NCBI GenBank assembly: GCA_035601235.1
Contig: DATNOR010000160.1
Span: 2,137 to 66,136 of the forward strand
Source: Gemmatimonadales bacterium
Lineage (GTDB): Bacteria; Gemmatimonadota; Gemmatimonadetes; Gemmatimonadales; GWC2-71-9
Direction: 5' to 3'
DNA: 64,000 bases
A program made the translations under genes and the position numbers. Below the pieces are notes generated by a model, which saw only the letters and a list, made by a program, of their open reading frames with translations, made no database searches and was not told the origin of the DNA. How positions within the stretch are numbered: position 1 is the first letter of the stretch; each line of letters opens with the position of its first letter. Shown here piece after piece: positions 54,346 through 62,779 of this stretch.

Positions 54346-55796
54346 CGCTCCCGAGCGTAGCGCGTACCGGTCCGCGGGTCCACCAAGGCGCGCGACCCGA
54401 GGGGCGCCGGCTGCTCCTGATCAGCTACCATTTTCCTCCCAGCCGGGAGGTCGGGGCCGTGCGGTGGCAGCGGCTGGCAAAGTATGCCGTCGAGCGGGGG
54501 TGGGAGCTGGACGTCGTCACCCTTGACCCCGCGAGTCAGGTAGCACCCGATTGGGACGCTCTCGCGGACCTTCCGGCCAGGGTGAACGTGTACGGCGTCC
54601 CACAACGAGCGCTGCCGGTGGACCGGCTGGTGCAACGCCTGATCGCGCTGCGGCGCAGGCTCTGGGCACGGAGCCCGGCGCGGGGCGCGGCCGTCGCCCG
54701 GGTCCGGGCGGCACGGCGATCCGACTCGATCAGCCTCACGGAGCTGCGGTCGCCGCTCCACAGCGCGCGCGATGTTCTGCGGGCGTTTCACGTCTGGCGC
54801 GACTACGTCCAGGGAATGACGTGGTCACATGCGGCTGGGCGTGTGGCGCGTCGGCTGCTCCGGACTGGCGCGTACGGCGGGGTGGTCAGCTGCGGCCCGC
54901 CGCACTGGGTCCACGATGCCGGGCGGATGCTCCGGCAAAGCCGCGGCCTGCCCTTGATCATCGACATGCGCGATCCCTGGAGTCTTACTCCGGTGCTGCA
55001 GGAGCCGGTCGCGAGCCCGCTATGGCTTTTTCTGTCGCGGCGGCACGAGCGCCGCGCCGTCGCCGCAGCCACTCTCATCATCACCAATACCGAGCACTCA
55101 CGCGACGCGCTGCAGGCCGCCTATCCCGATGCACGCGAGCGTATTATCGCGATCATGAACGGCTACGACGAAGATCCCCTCCCGCCGAAGGAACGCGCCG
55201 ACTGTTTCATCATCGCCTATGCCGGGTCCATCTACCTCGACCGAGATCCGCATCCGCTGCTCCGGGCAGCTGCGCGCGTCATCCGCGAAGCTGGCCTGAG
55301 GCCCGACCAGCTCCGACTCGAGTTCATGGGCGCGGAGACGGGACACAGGCCGACCCTCGCGCAGCTCGCCGAGCAAGAGGGGATCGGGGACTACGTCCGG
55401 GCGCACGCCGCGCGTCCCCGCGCGGAAGCGAAGCAGTTCCTTGCCCGCGCAGCGATGCTGGTAAGCTTCAGCGCCGTCGGGAAAACCGGGGGGGCCGACC
55501 CATTCATCCCCGCCAAGGTCTTCGAGTACGCGCGGTTCCATGCCTGGCTGCTGGCGCTCGCCAACCCCGGGAGCGCGACCGCGGCCTTGCTCGACGGCAC
55601 TGGCGCCGACGTGGTTCCTCCCCACGACGTCGACGGGATCGCGGCCGTCATCCGGGCACGCTACGCCGCCTTCGCGCGAGGCACGGCCCCGGAACGACCC
55701 CGCCTACCGGAACGCTACAGCCGCCGCGCTCAGGCGCAGCTCCTGTTCGACGAGCTCGAGCGCCGTTTGCCGGCCTGTCACGCTGCTCCGCGATAG
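54342..55796 (+). CDS. GT-B glycosyltransferase (GT4-like)
   Basis: The GTG start overlaps the asnB stop (GTGA). The N-terminus RLLLISYHFPPSREVGAVRWQRLAKY is typical of this GT4 subgroup. The C-terminal FIPAKVFEY is an E-x7-E-like motif. Confidence 0.7.
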   Translation: MTLPSVARTGPRVHQGARPEGRRLLLISYHFPPSREVGAVRWQRLAKYAVERGWELDVVTLDPASQVAPDWDALADLPARVNVYGVPQRALPVDRLVQRLIALRRRLWARSPARGAAVARVRAARRSDSISLTELRSPLHSARDVLRAFHVWRDYVQGMTWSHAAGRVARRLLRTGAYGGVVSCGPPHWVHDAGRMLRQSRGLPLIIDMRDPWSLTPVLQEPVASPLWLFLSRRHERRAVAAATLIITNTEHSRDALQAAYPDARERIIAIMNGYDEDPLPPKERADCFIIAYAGSIYLDRDPHPLLRAAARVIREAGLRPDQLRLEFMGAETGHRPTLAQLAEQEGIGDYVRAHAARPRAEAKQFLARAAMLVSFSAVGKTGGADPFIPAKVFEYARFHAWLLALANPGSATAALLDGTGADVVPPHDVDGIAAVIRARYAAFARGTAPERPRLPERYSRRAQAQLLFDELERRLPACHAAPR

Positions 55797-56896
55797 ATCC
55801 GCGCGTAGTGCCGCACCATCGCGTCGATCGCGAAGGCCTGCTTGACGCGCTGCCGCGCGACCGCCGCGTCCTCGACGCGGCGCCGATCGTCGGTCAGGGC
55901 ATTGCGCCAGGCGGCCGCCAGGGCCGCCGGATCTCCCGCCGGCACGAGGCGGTGTCGGAGCCGCTCGCCCAGCGCCGCAGGTGACCCGCCGACGGCCGTC
56001 ACCACCGGGCAGACGCCGCTGCTCATGGCTTCCAGCAGGCCGAGCGACGTGCCCTCGCTCCAGGACGACAGCGTGAACACGTCGAACACTGGATAGAGGC
56101 GCTCGACGTCCTTGCGCCACCCCACCAGGCGGGCGGCGTCGCGCAATCCTTCCCGTTCGATCACGGCGCTGAGCCGCGCGCGTTCAGGCCCGTCTCCCAC
56201 GAGCACGAGGGCCGGTGGCGCTCCCTGGGCGTCACTCCAGTCGGCGCGCAACCGCGCGAACGCCTGCAGCATCACGTCGTAGGCCTTGATCGGATCGAGG
56301 CGCCCGATGCTGCCGATGATGGGCGCGCCAGCAGGAAGCCTCAGCTCCCCACGGAGCGATCCGTTGACCGACTGCGGCCGGAAGAGGTCCGTGTCGATCC
56401 CGTTCACGACCACGCGAATGCGCGAGGGGCGGGGAATCAGCGTCTCGGTCATCTGACGTCGCAGGGCGTCCGAGACGGCCACGACCACGTCCGCCCGCCG
56501 GGCGGCGAGCCCGTCGAGCAGCCGGCCCGGGAGCGAGTCCGGGTACGGTCGCCCGTGATCGGTGTGCACGAGGCGCGGCACGCCCGCCCGGCGCGCCGCC
56601 AGGGACGCCTTGAACCAGACGCCGCTGTGCGTGTGCACGACATCGGGCGCGAGCGCGCGGATCGTCCGGGTCAAGCGGCGCGGCCAGATCATGGAGAGGT
56701 GCGGCAGGGACCGGTCCTGATGGAGCTGCGCGTGCGCGGCGAGGCCCTCCGCGAAGCGTCCGAAGTCGCTGAGCGTCAGGATGTGGCTCTCGAACTGGTC
56801 GGGGGGGAGGAGCTGGACGAGGGCGGCGACGAGCCGTTGCAGGCCGCCGTAATCGAGCTTGTGCACCACATGGAGAATCTTGAGACGTCGCGTCAC
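55778..56896 (-). CDS. Family-4 glycosyltransferase
   Basis: The GTG start overlaps the upstream deacetylase stop (GTGA). It has LKILHVVHKLDYGGLQR at the N-terminus and SWSEGTSLGLLEAMSSGVCPVVTAVGG. Confidence 0.85.
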   Translation of the reverse strand: MTRRLKILHVVHKLDYGGLQRLVAALVQLLPPDQFESHILTLSDFGRFAEGLAAHAQLHQDRSLPHLSMIWPRRLTRTIRALAPDVVHTHSGVWFKASLAARRAGVPRLVHTDHGRPYPDSLPGRLLDGLAARRADVVVAVSDALRRQMTETLIPRPSRIRVVVNGIDTDLFRPQSVNGSLRGELRLPAGAPIIGSIGRLDPIKAYDVMLQAFARLRADWSDAQGAPPALVLVGDGPERARLSAVIEREGLRDAARLVGWRKDVERLYPVFDVFTLSSWSEGTSLGLLEAMSSGVCPVVTAVGGSPAALGERLRHRLVPAGDPAALAAAWRNALTDDRRRVEDAAVARQRVKQAFAIDAMVRHYARIYRGAA

Positions 56897-57795
56897 AGGC
56901 CCGAGGATCGAATGACGAACCCGTTCTCCGACAACCCCGAGGGAATGTTCTCCCGCGGCACGGCCCAGCGGTTTACGCGCGTGGGGAGGAACCATCCGCC
57001 GCCGAGGGCGAGCGCGGCGGTGTAGCCCGCCTCCTGCGCGGCGGTCTCCACGGCCGGCGTTGCCAGCCCGTACGGATAACTCAGCCACGGGATCGCGCTC
57101 GTGAAGCGCTCCCGCAGCCACACGAGCGGCCACCTCAGCTCCTCCCGCAGCGCGGCGTCCCTCAGCCGCGCCAGGTTTGGGTGCGTCCACGTGTGCGATC
57201 CGAGCGTGATGCCGGAATGCCGGGTGGCGCCCCGCAGCTCCTCTTCCGACGCGACGAGCGCCCATTCCGGAACCGCCGCCGACGGGATCCGCTCGCGCGC
57301 GGCCCAGCCGCGGACCTCCTGATCTTTGCCCCGCAGCTCGTCCAGGGCGCGGGCCCGCAGCGCGGGATCCACCCCGCGCTCCGCCGCCAAGGCATCCCAC
57401 CAGAACGGGCCCTTCCCCACGAAACTGGGAACAACGAACAGGGTCGCGGGAACGCCGCGCTTCGCGAGCTCCGCCACGCCGAGCAACACGGCCCCCCGAT
57501 AGCCGTCGTCGAAGGTGATCGCCGCCCGCGGACGACGCCCGGCTACCGGCGCGTCGAGCACCTGTTCCAGCGGGACGACGGTGTGGGTGGCGAGCAGGCT
57601 CTCGAGCTGACGCACCAACAGCCCGCGCGGGAGGTGGAGCGAGCGATCGCCGAACGCCGGGTAGGAGTCGGGCACGACGTTGTGGTAGGCAAGCACGAGC
57701 GCCCGTCGTGCCCGCGCCGCCCGGTGGAGCGCGGGCACGCCGCTCCGCACCAGTCCGGCCTCGAAGCACGCTTTGAGCGCCGCGCGCGCGCTCAT
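56893..57795 (-). CDS. Polysaccharide deacetylase (NodB-homology, CE4-like)
   Basis: It has the ITFDDGY motif, ATLFVV and LGSHTWTH His motifs. Confidence 0.8.
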   Translation of the reverse strand: MSARAALKACFEAGLVRSGVPALHRAARARRALVLAYHNVVPDSYPAFGDRSLHLPRGLLVRQLESLLATHTVVPLEQVLDAPVAGRRPRAAITFDDGYRGAVLLGVAELAKRGVPATLFVVPSFVGKGPFWWDALAAERGVDPALRARALDELRGKDQEVRGWAARERIPSAAVPEWALVASEEELRGATRHSGITLGSHTWTHPNLARLRDAALREELRWPLVWLRERFTSAIPWLSYPYGLATPAVETAAQEAGYTAALALGGGWFLPTRVNRWAVPRENIPSGLSENGFVIRSSGL

Positions 57796-59114
57796 CCCAG
57801 AGGCCGGGCGACGGCCGAAGGGACCGGCACCGGCGGCCGCGCAAACGACGCGCTCTTCGCGAGCCCCAGCACCATCCCGAGGAGCGTATACAAGTAGGCG
57901 GAGTACGCCTGGGAGAGGAAGGAGGCAGTCACCACAAACGCGACCAGACTGGCGGTGAAGATTTGCGCGGTCACGGCAATCTCGGGCAACGGTGCCCGCC
58001 GCAATCGCGCCAGCGTTCGGAAGGCGGCAGTCAACAGCGCGATGAACAGGATGAGGCCCCCGACGCCCAGTTCAGCGCCGATCTGGATGAACGAATTGTG
58101 CGCCGCCGACCACTTGAAGCCTCGTCCGTAACGCTGCCGCTCGAGGGCTTCGGGAGCGAGCGTGCCCTCTGCCACCGGAAACGCAGCGGCCCCGACTCCG
58201 AGCAAGGGATGATCGAGCATGTACCCGAGGCCGCGTCTCCAGACCTCCATGCGCCCGGTCTCCGACTTGCCACTCCAGTTGTAATCTTGCCGCAACTGCA
58301 GGATCGACCCGATGCGGTCGAAGTACTTGTCGCTGGCTAGCCCGACGAGCAAGGTCGCGAGCAGCGCTACCGTACCAACGCGTTGCCATGCGGAGACGCC
58401 GCGCAGGCGCAGCAGCAAGTATCCCCCCACCGCGAGCAGGCCCAGGAAGGCGCCGCGAGAGCCGGTCTTTCCCAGCGTTACGATGAGGAACACCGTGGCG
58501 GCCGCCAGCAGCGCCCGCGACCAGGGCCGCGCCGGCTTACGCCACAGATACAGCACCAACGGAAGCGTGCACACGATCAGCATCGCCAGGTCGTTGACGT
58601 CATAGTAAGCGACATCCCGCAGACGACCATCCGCCCCCATCTGCGCGCGCGCCAGGATGACGGCGGAGAACAGCGTGACGCCCCCGAGCTGGAGCCACGC
58701 GAAACGGCGCAGGTCGGCGAACCCGCGAACGCTCGCAGCGATCAACAGCATCAGGATCACCGTGCGGACATAGTCCTTGAGCACTTGGTTCAAACTGAGT
58801 CCGGGGTATAGGCTCCCGGGAATCGATAGCCCTGCGAGCAGGAGGATGCCGAGCGCGCTGCGCACCAGCGGCACGTCCAGCGTGGCGAGGCGACGGCGGG
58901 GATCGCGCCCCAACAGCAGCAGGGTCCCGGCCACGACCGTCATGAGAATGGGTAGCCCATGGATCGCGAGGCTTGGGACCAACTCGTGGACGCGCCACAC
59001 CTGGAGGGACACGAGGACCATCAGCGCCAACAGCAAGGAGTCCCACGGCAATCGGTGCGAGACGGGGGACTGCACCTGGTTGAGCTGTCCGAAACCGCCG
59101 AGCGGCATGGTCAT
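57792..59114 (-). CDS. O-antigen ligase/Wzy-type polymerase family membrane protein
   Basis: 440 aa with about 10-12 TM segments and a large loop containing GSRGAFLG and AAHNSFIQIGAELG (Wzy_C-like). ATGA overlap with the downstream gene. Confidence 0.75.
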   Translation of the reverse strand: MTMPLGGFGQLNQVQSPVSHRLPWDSLLLALMVLVSLQVWRVHELVPSLAIHGLPILMTVVAGTLLLLGRDPRRRLATLDVPLVRSALGILLLAGLSIPGSLYPGLSLNQVLKDYVRTVILMLLIAASVRGFADLRRFAWLQLGGVTLFSAVILARAQMGADGRLRDVAYYDVNDLAMLIVCTLPLVLYLWRKPARPWSRALLAAATVFLIVTLGKTGSRGAFLGLLAVGGYLLLRLRGVSAWQRVGTVALLATLLVGLASDKYFDRIGSILQLRQDYNWSGKSETGRMEVWRRGLGYMLDHPLLGVGAAAFPVAEGTLAPEALERQRYGRGFKWSAAHNSFIQIGAELGVGGLILFIALLTAAFRTLARLRRAPLPEIAVTAQIFTASLVAFVVTASFLSQAYSAYLYTLLGMVLGLAKSASFARPPVPVPSAVARPLG

Positions 59115-59264
59115 GGCGAGCAGTGTATCTGTCGATGAGCAAGTTTCGGGCTCACAGCCTGCTCCCGTGTCCCGTCCACTAGAAGGCCACGGCCCGTCTC
59201 GTGTTGCGCGAGTGCGACAGGCGTGCTGGCCAATGCGCGGACGCCCTCACGGCGTTGGAGCCCT

Positions 59265-60533
59265 TCAGGATCCCCGGGCGACTGGAAGAGGCGCCGCCTG
59301 GCACTCCCGGCGGAGGGCATCGTACAGCTCCAGCATGGGCTCGCCGATGCGCTCCCAGCTATACTGCTGCTCCACGGTGTGCCGCGCCGCCGCGCCGAGC
59401 CGTCGCCGCAGGGGCTCGTCACGCAGCACGTCGCACACCGCCTGAGCGAAGCCGTCCGGATCGTCTCGAACCAGAATGTTCCGCCCGTCCTGGGCGGCCA
59501 ACCCCTCGCAACCCACTGAGGTGCTCACCACTGCCTTCCCCATGGCCCAGGCATCGAGAATCTTGAGCCGGGTCCCTCCGCCCACCCGCAGCGGCACAAC
59601 ATAGCACGCCGCGTCGTGAACGTAGGGACGGACGTCGGGCACGTAACCCGTGAGCTCGATCGCCGAGCGATGGCCATACTGGCGACGGGCGTCATCGGAT
59701 ACCCGGCCGACCCACCGGATCGGCGTCTCACCGTGCAGGGCGCGCACGCGGGGCAGGATTTCGTCATGGAAGAACTGGAGCGCGTCGAGATTCGGGAACC
59801 AGGTCAGCTCCCCGACGAACACGAGGCCTTCCTCTCGCCCGACGCCGGGCCGAAACGTGTCGATGTCCACGCCGTTCGGCACGACCGCCGATTTCACTCC
59901 AGGTACGATGCGCCCGAGCTCGACGGCGTCGCTCTCAGAAACCACGACATTGAGGGCGCAGCGCCTGCACCAGCGTCGCTCCTCGCGCTCCATCAGGCGA
60001 GCCTGGTGTCCAAGGTACTGGCGTCGCCAAGGGTTGCGCTCTACGCCCGCGCGACGGTCGAGTAGGAGTGACTCGACATTGTGGTGGACGCACACGACCG
60101 GGGCGGCGCCGACCAGCGGGAGGTAACGCGACAGGGCGAGTGAGTCCAAGTGGATCAAGGCGAAGCGACGTTCCCTGAGCAGCTGCGTCACGCGAGCCCG
60201 GACCGCGGCCGAGTCGAACGCGAACGTCGTGTGCGCGCGCTGCCGACCGACGCTGCGGAGGTGATCCCACGCGAGGCGCCAGCGGCTGTGCTCCTGGGGC
60301 ACAGGAAACGCCTCGACCTCGGCGATAGAGCGCAAGGCCTCGAGCCGCTGGGTAAGGTCATCCGGGGATACCGCCCCACCCTTCCGGCGATAGAAGCACA
60401 ACGCCGTTACGTCGAACCGACGTGCCAGCATGCGCAGCACATGATAGCTGCGGATTGCCACGCCCGAGTCGGGCGGGTATGGCACGGTCTGGCACAAGAA
60501 GAGCAGACGCGGGCGTCGGCTCACCGTCAGCAC
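59265..60533 (-). CDS. Family-4 glycosyltransferase (resembles PEP-CTERM/EpsH1-associated sugar transferases)
   Basis: The N-terminus RLLFLCQTVPYPPDSGVAIRSYHVLRML is typical of that subgroup. The C-terminal GGGTRLKILDAWAMGKAVVST fits too. The start is GTG 60533 or GTG 60524. Confidence 0.8.
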   Translation of the reverse strand: MLTVSRRPRLLFLCQTVPYPPDSGVAIRSYHVLRMLARRFDVTALCFYRRKGGAVSPDDLTQRLEALRSIAEVEAFPVPQEHSRWRLAWDHLRSVGRQRAHTTFAFDSAAVRARVTQLLRERRFALIHLDSLALSRYLPLVGAAPVVCVHHNVESLLLDRRAGVERNPWRRQYLGHQARLMEREERRWCRRCALNVVVSESDAVELGRIVPGVKSAVVPNGVDIDTFRPGVGREEGLVFVGELTWFPNLDALQFFHDEILPRVRALHGETPIRWVGRVSDDARRQYGHRSAIELTGYVPDVRPYVHDAACYVVPLRVGGGTRLKILDAWAMGKAVVSTSVGCEGLAAQDGRNILVRDDPDGFAQAVCDVLRDEPLRRRLGAAARHTVEQQYSWERIGEPMLELYDALRRECQAAPLPVARGS

Positions 60534-61429
60534 CCGATCCGCTCGGTGCTCACGACGATGTTGTCGAGGTCCCGCTCCTGTGCGGCGGGCGCTCCGTCGT
60601 TCCAGTAATTCTCGAAGAACACGGCGTTGATCCCGTACGCCGTAAAGCCCCCCACGAAGTTCAGGCCGTCCTCGCGCGCCTCGAGGTCGCCGTTCACCCA
60701 GTACTCGAACACGCCGTCTGATTGCGCCGGGTCGTTGAGCTTGGCATGAGCCTCGACGCAATACCATTGACCCACGTGGGCCGCATCGCCCAGCGGCGTG
60801 GTGCCGCGCTTCTTACCGAGCCAGTGGAACCGGGGAAAGTCGTTGTATTTCGTCGCCCGCACGTTGCCCAGGCCGTCCGTACTGGAGACCGGATCCAGCT
60901 GCAGGTAATTCGTGTCGGGTGCGTCACCGCCCCACAGGTGCGCCACCATCGCCTCGGTCCACTTCGAGCTCGTGAAGACCATCGCGCGGGTGAGCTTGTA
61001 CCCCACCCCTCCTACCCAACCCGGCTGAGAGCGGACGTACAATCGCCAATACAGATTCCGATACTTCGCGGTTCCGGCGTCCACCGGACGAAAATACGGG
61101 TCGGGCAGTTTGCCGAGCGCGAGATGGAGCGCGCCCGCCGACACCTGCCCCCGACTGAACCGTGCCCGCATGCCCGACGATCCCCTCACGCCCACGCCCG
61201 CCGCGCGCACGAAGCTTCCGGAAGCATCTTCATATTCGAAGTATTGGTGCAGCCGGTCCTGCTCGAAATCGTCGCACCAGACCCAACCCGGCTTCAGAGT
61301 CGCGCACTCGTTCACCAGCGGAGGCCTCTCGGCGTGGCTGTCCGCGGGAGACTCCTGGCCTGCGGCCCCGACCGCCGGGGCCCCGATGCCTGCCAGCGCC
61401 AACAGGACCGCCGTCACGGACCGGGTCAT
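60527..61429 (-). CDS. Secreted hypothetical protein, jelly-roll/polysaccharide-lyase-like
   Basis: I trimmed the start to ATG 61429 (ATGA overlap), giving a signal peptide MTRSVTAVLLALAGIGAPAVGAAG. The body is a Trp/Tyr-rich beta-type sequence (YWRLYV, WYCVEAHAKLN, FEYWVNG, FFENYWNDG) reminiscent of the Polysacc_lyase/concanavalin-like fold. Confidence 0.45.
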   Translation of the reverse strand: MTRSVTAVLLALAGIGAPAVGAAGQESPADSHAERPPLVNECATLKPGWVWCDDFEQDRLHQYFEYEDASGSFVRAAGVGVRGSSGMRARFSRGQVSAGALHLALGKLPDPYFRPVDAGTAKYRNLYWRLYVRSQPGWVGGVGYKLTRAMVFTSSKWTEAMVAHLWGGDAPDTNYLQLDPVSSTDGLGNVRATKYNDFPRFHWLGKKRGTTPLGDAAHVGQWYCVEAHAKLNDPAQSDGVFEYWVNGDLEAREDGLNFVGGFTAYGINAVFFENYWNDGAPAAQERDLDNIVVSTERIGC

Positions 61430-62718
61430 CGGCCGATGTGGGCCTGTATGGCCGGCTCGACGAGACGCTCGAATAGGTCGTGGCCCTCCAGGCTCAAATG
61501 CGGGTCCACAGTCCCATACAGATGGCTGCCGCCTCGCTCGGCGCGGCGGAAGTCGGGTAGCACATCGACCACGTCGAGCCGGTAGGCACCCATGGCTCCG
61601 CTGAGCAGGCGCTCCGGCTGCTCGAGATCCACGGCTGCCGCGTCGATCTTGAAGCCCTTCAAGGCCCGGTAGAACGCGGCAGTGTCCACCTGGAATGGAG
61701 CGGGAATCAGCACGAACACGGTCGCGGCGCCGCGTGCCAGAGCTAGGTCCCTGATGTCGCGGCAGATCTGCGCGGTGACCGTCCACCGAGAAGAGTTCGC
61801 TTCGCGTCGCAGCAGCTCCTCGGGAAAGTATTCCGCCGTCAAGCCGAGCCGCATCCGCAGCGTGGACGCTTGCGTTTTGACCAGGATGAACAGGTGGGAG
61901 CGTGCTTTCAGAAAGTCGTTGATCGGATAGAAAACCGCGTCCACGAGCTCGGCGTATGTGATGTGCCGGGGCAGCCGCAGTCGGTGGAACGGAGCGTCGA
62001 CGGGCGGTCCCGGTGCATACCGCTCGACGCGTCGGGTAACGACGTCATTCCCCAGGTACACGGACACGAGCACGACGTCGAACCGTTCGCGAGCAAGCTC
62101 GCGCCGTGCTTCCATGAGGTACTGCGGCGGGTCCCAGCCCCCGACACCGCTGTTCCGTACGGCCACAGTCTCGCCCAGACGCGTGCCTAGGCGCGCCTCC
62201 AGCAGTCCCGCGAGGCTCTGCTCGTACTCGACCTGCAGCGCCTCCATGAACGAGTCGCCCAGGAGAAGGACCCGTCGCTTGCTCTCGACGCGCCCAGCGC
62301 GTCCGACGCGGAATCCATCGCCGTCTGTGAAGACGTGCACCGTGCGCTCGCCGGTGTTGATGGTGGTGGTGACGTCGGGACGATGGATCCAGCCCAGGGT
62401 ATCCACGGGCTGCCAGATGTCCGGACGCTTCACGATGAGCTGCTGCGGCGCGAGGATACGCACCGACACCTCGCCTACCAGGTACGCCAGCCCCAACGAG
62501 GTGCACAGCATCACGCTATTGACCAAGGCGCCGCGCAGTCTCGCAGCGAGGGGGGTGGACACGACGCCGTCGGAAGCGAGGGGGATGGAAGGCGCGGACA
62601 CGTGAGTGGGGCGACGCAACGGGCGTGCCCGGCCGCAAACGATGGTGTCAACGGCAAGCCGCGTAAGAAGAGCAGCACTTGTCGCGGACACGCCACATCC
62701 GTGACGCAACGAGCGCAT
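61426..62718 (-). CDS. SGNH/GDSL-family hydrolase or O-acyl-transfer accessory protein, N-terminally membrane-anchored
   Basis: It has block I VLLLGDSFMEA, a later GGWDP (block II-like) and GNDV (block III-like). The start is uncertain. ATG 62718 is given, and GTG 62601 or 62562 are alternatives. The ORF-track start 62781 would overlap the divergent gene. Confidence 0.65.
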   Translation of the reverse strand: MRSLRHGCGVSATSAALLTRLAVDTIVCGRARPLRRPTHVSAPSIPLASDGVVSTPLAARLRGALVNSVMLCTSLGLAYLVGEVSVRILAPQQLIVKRPDIWQPVDTLGWIHRPDVTTTINTGERTVHVFTDGDGFRVGRAGRVESKRRVLLLGDSFMEALQVEYEQSLAGLLEARLGTRLGETVAVRNSGVGGWDPPQYLMEARRELARERFDVVLVSVYLGNDVVTRRVERYAPGPPVDAPFHRLRLPRHITYAELVDAVFYPINDFLKARSHLFILVKTQASTLRMRLGLTAEYFPEELLRREANSSRWTVTAQICRDIRDLALARGAATVFVLIPAPFQVDTAAFYRALKGFKIDAAAVDLEQPERLLSGAMGAYRLDVVDVLPDFRRAERGGSHLYGTVDPHLSLEGHDLFERLVEPAIQAHIGR

Positions 62719-62747
62719 CGCCTGTGCGCGCCCACTCGCCGCGGATC

Positions 62748-62763
62748 TGGCACCCGCCGTGCA
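62748..62763 (+). promoter_or_regulatory. Candidate sigma-54 promoter upstream of the carbamoyltransferase gene
   Basis: cTGGCACccgccgTGCA has a full -24 hexamer and correct spacing to GC. The -12 C is 18 nt upstream of ATG 62780. Confidence 0.45.
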
Positions 62764-62779
62764 ACAACGCCAGGCGACC

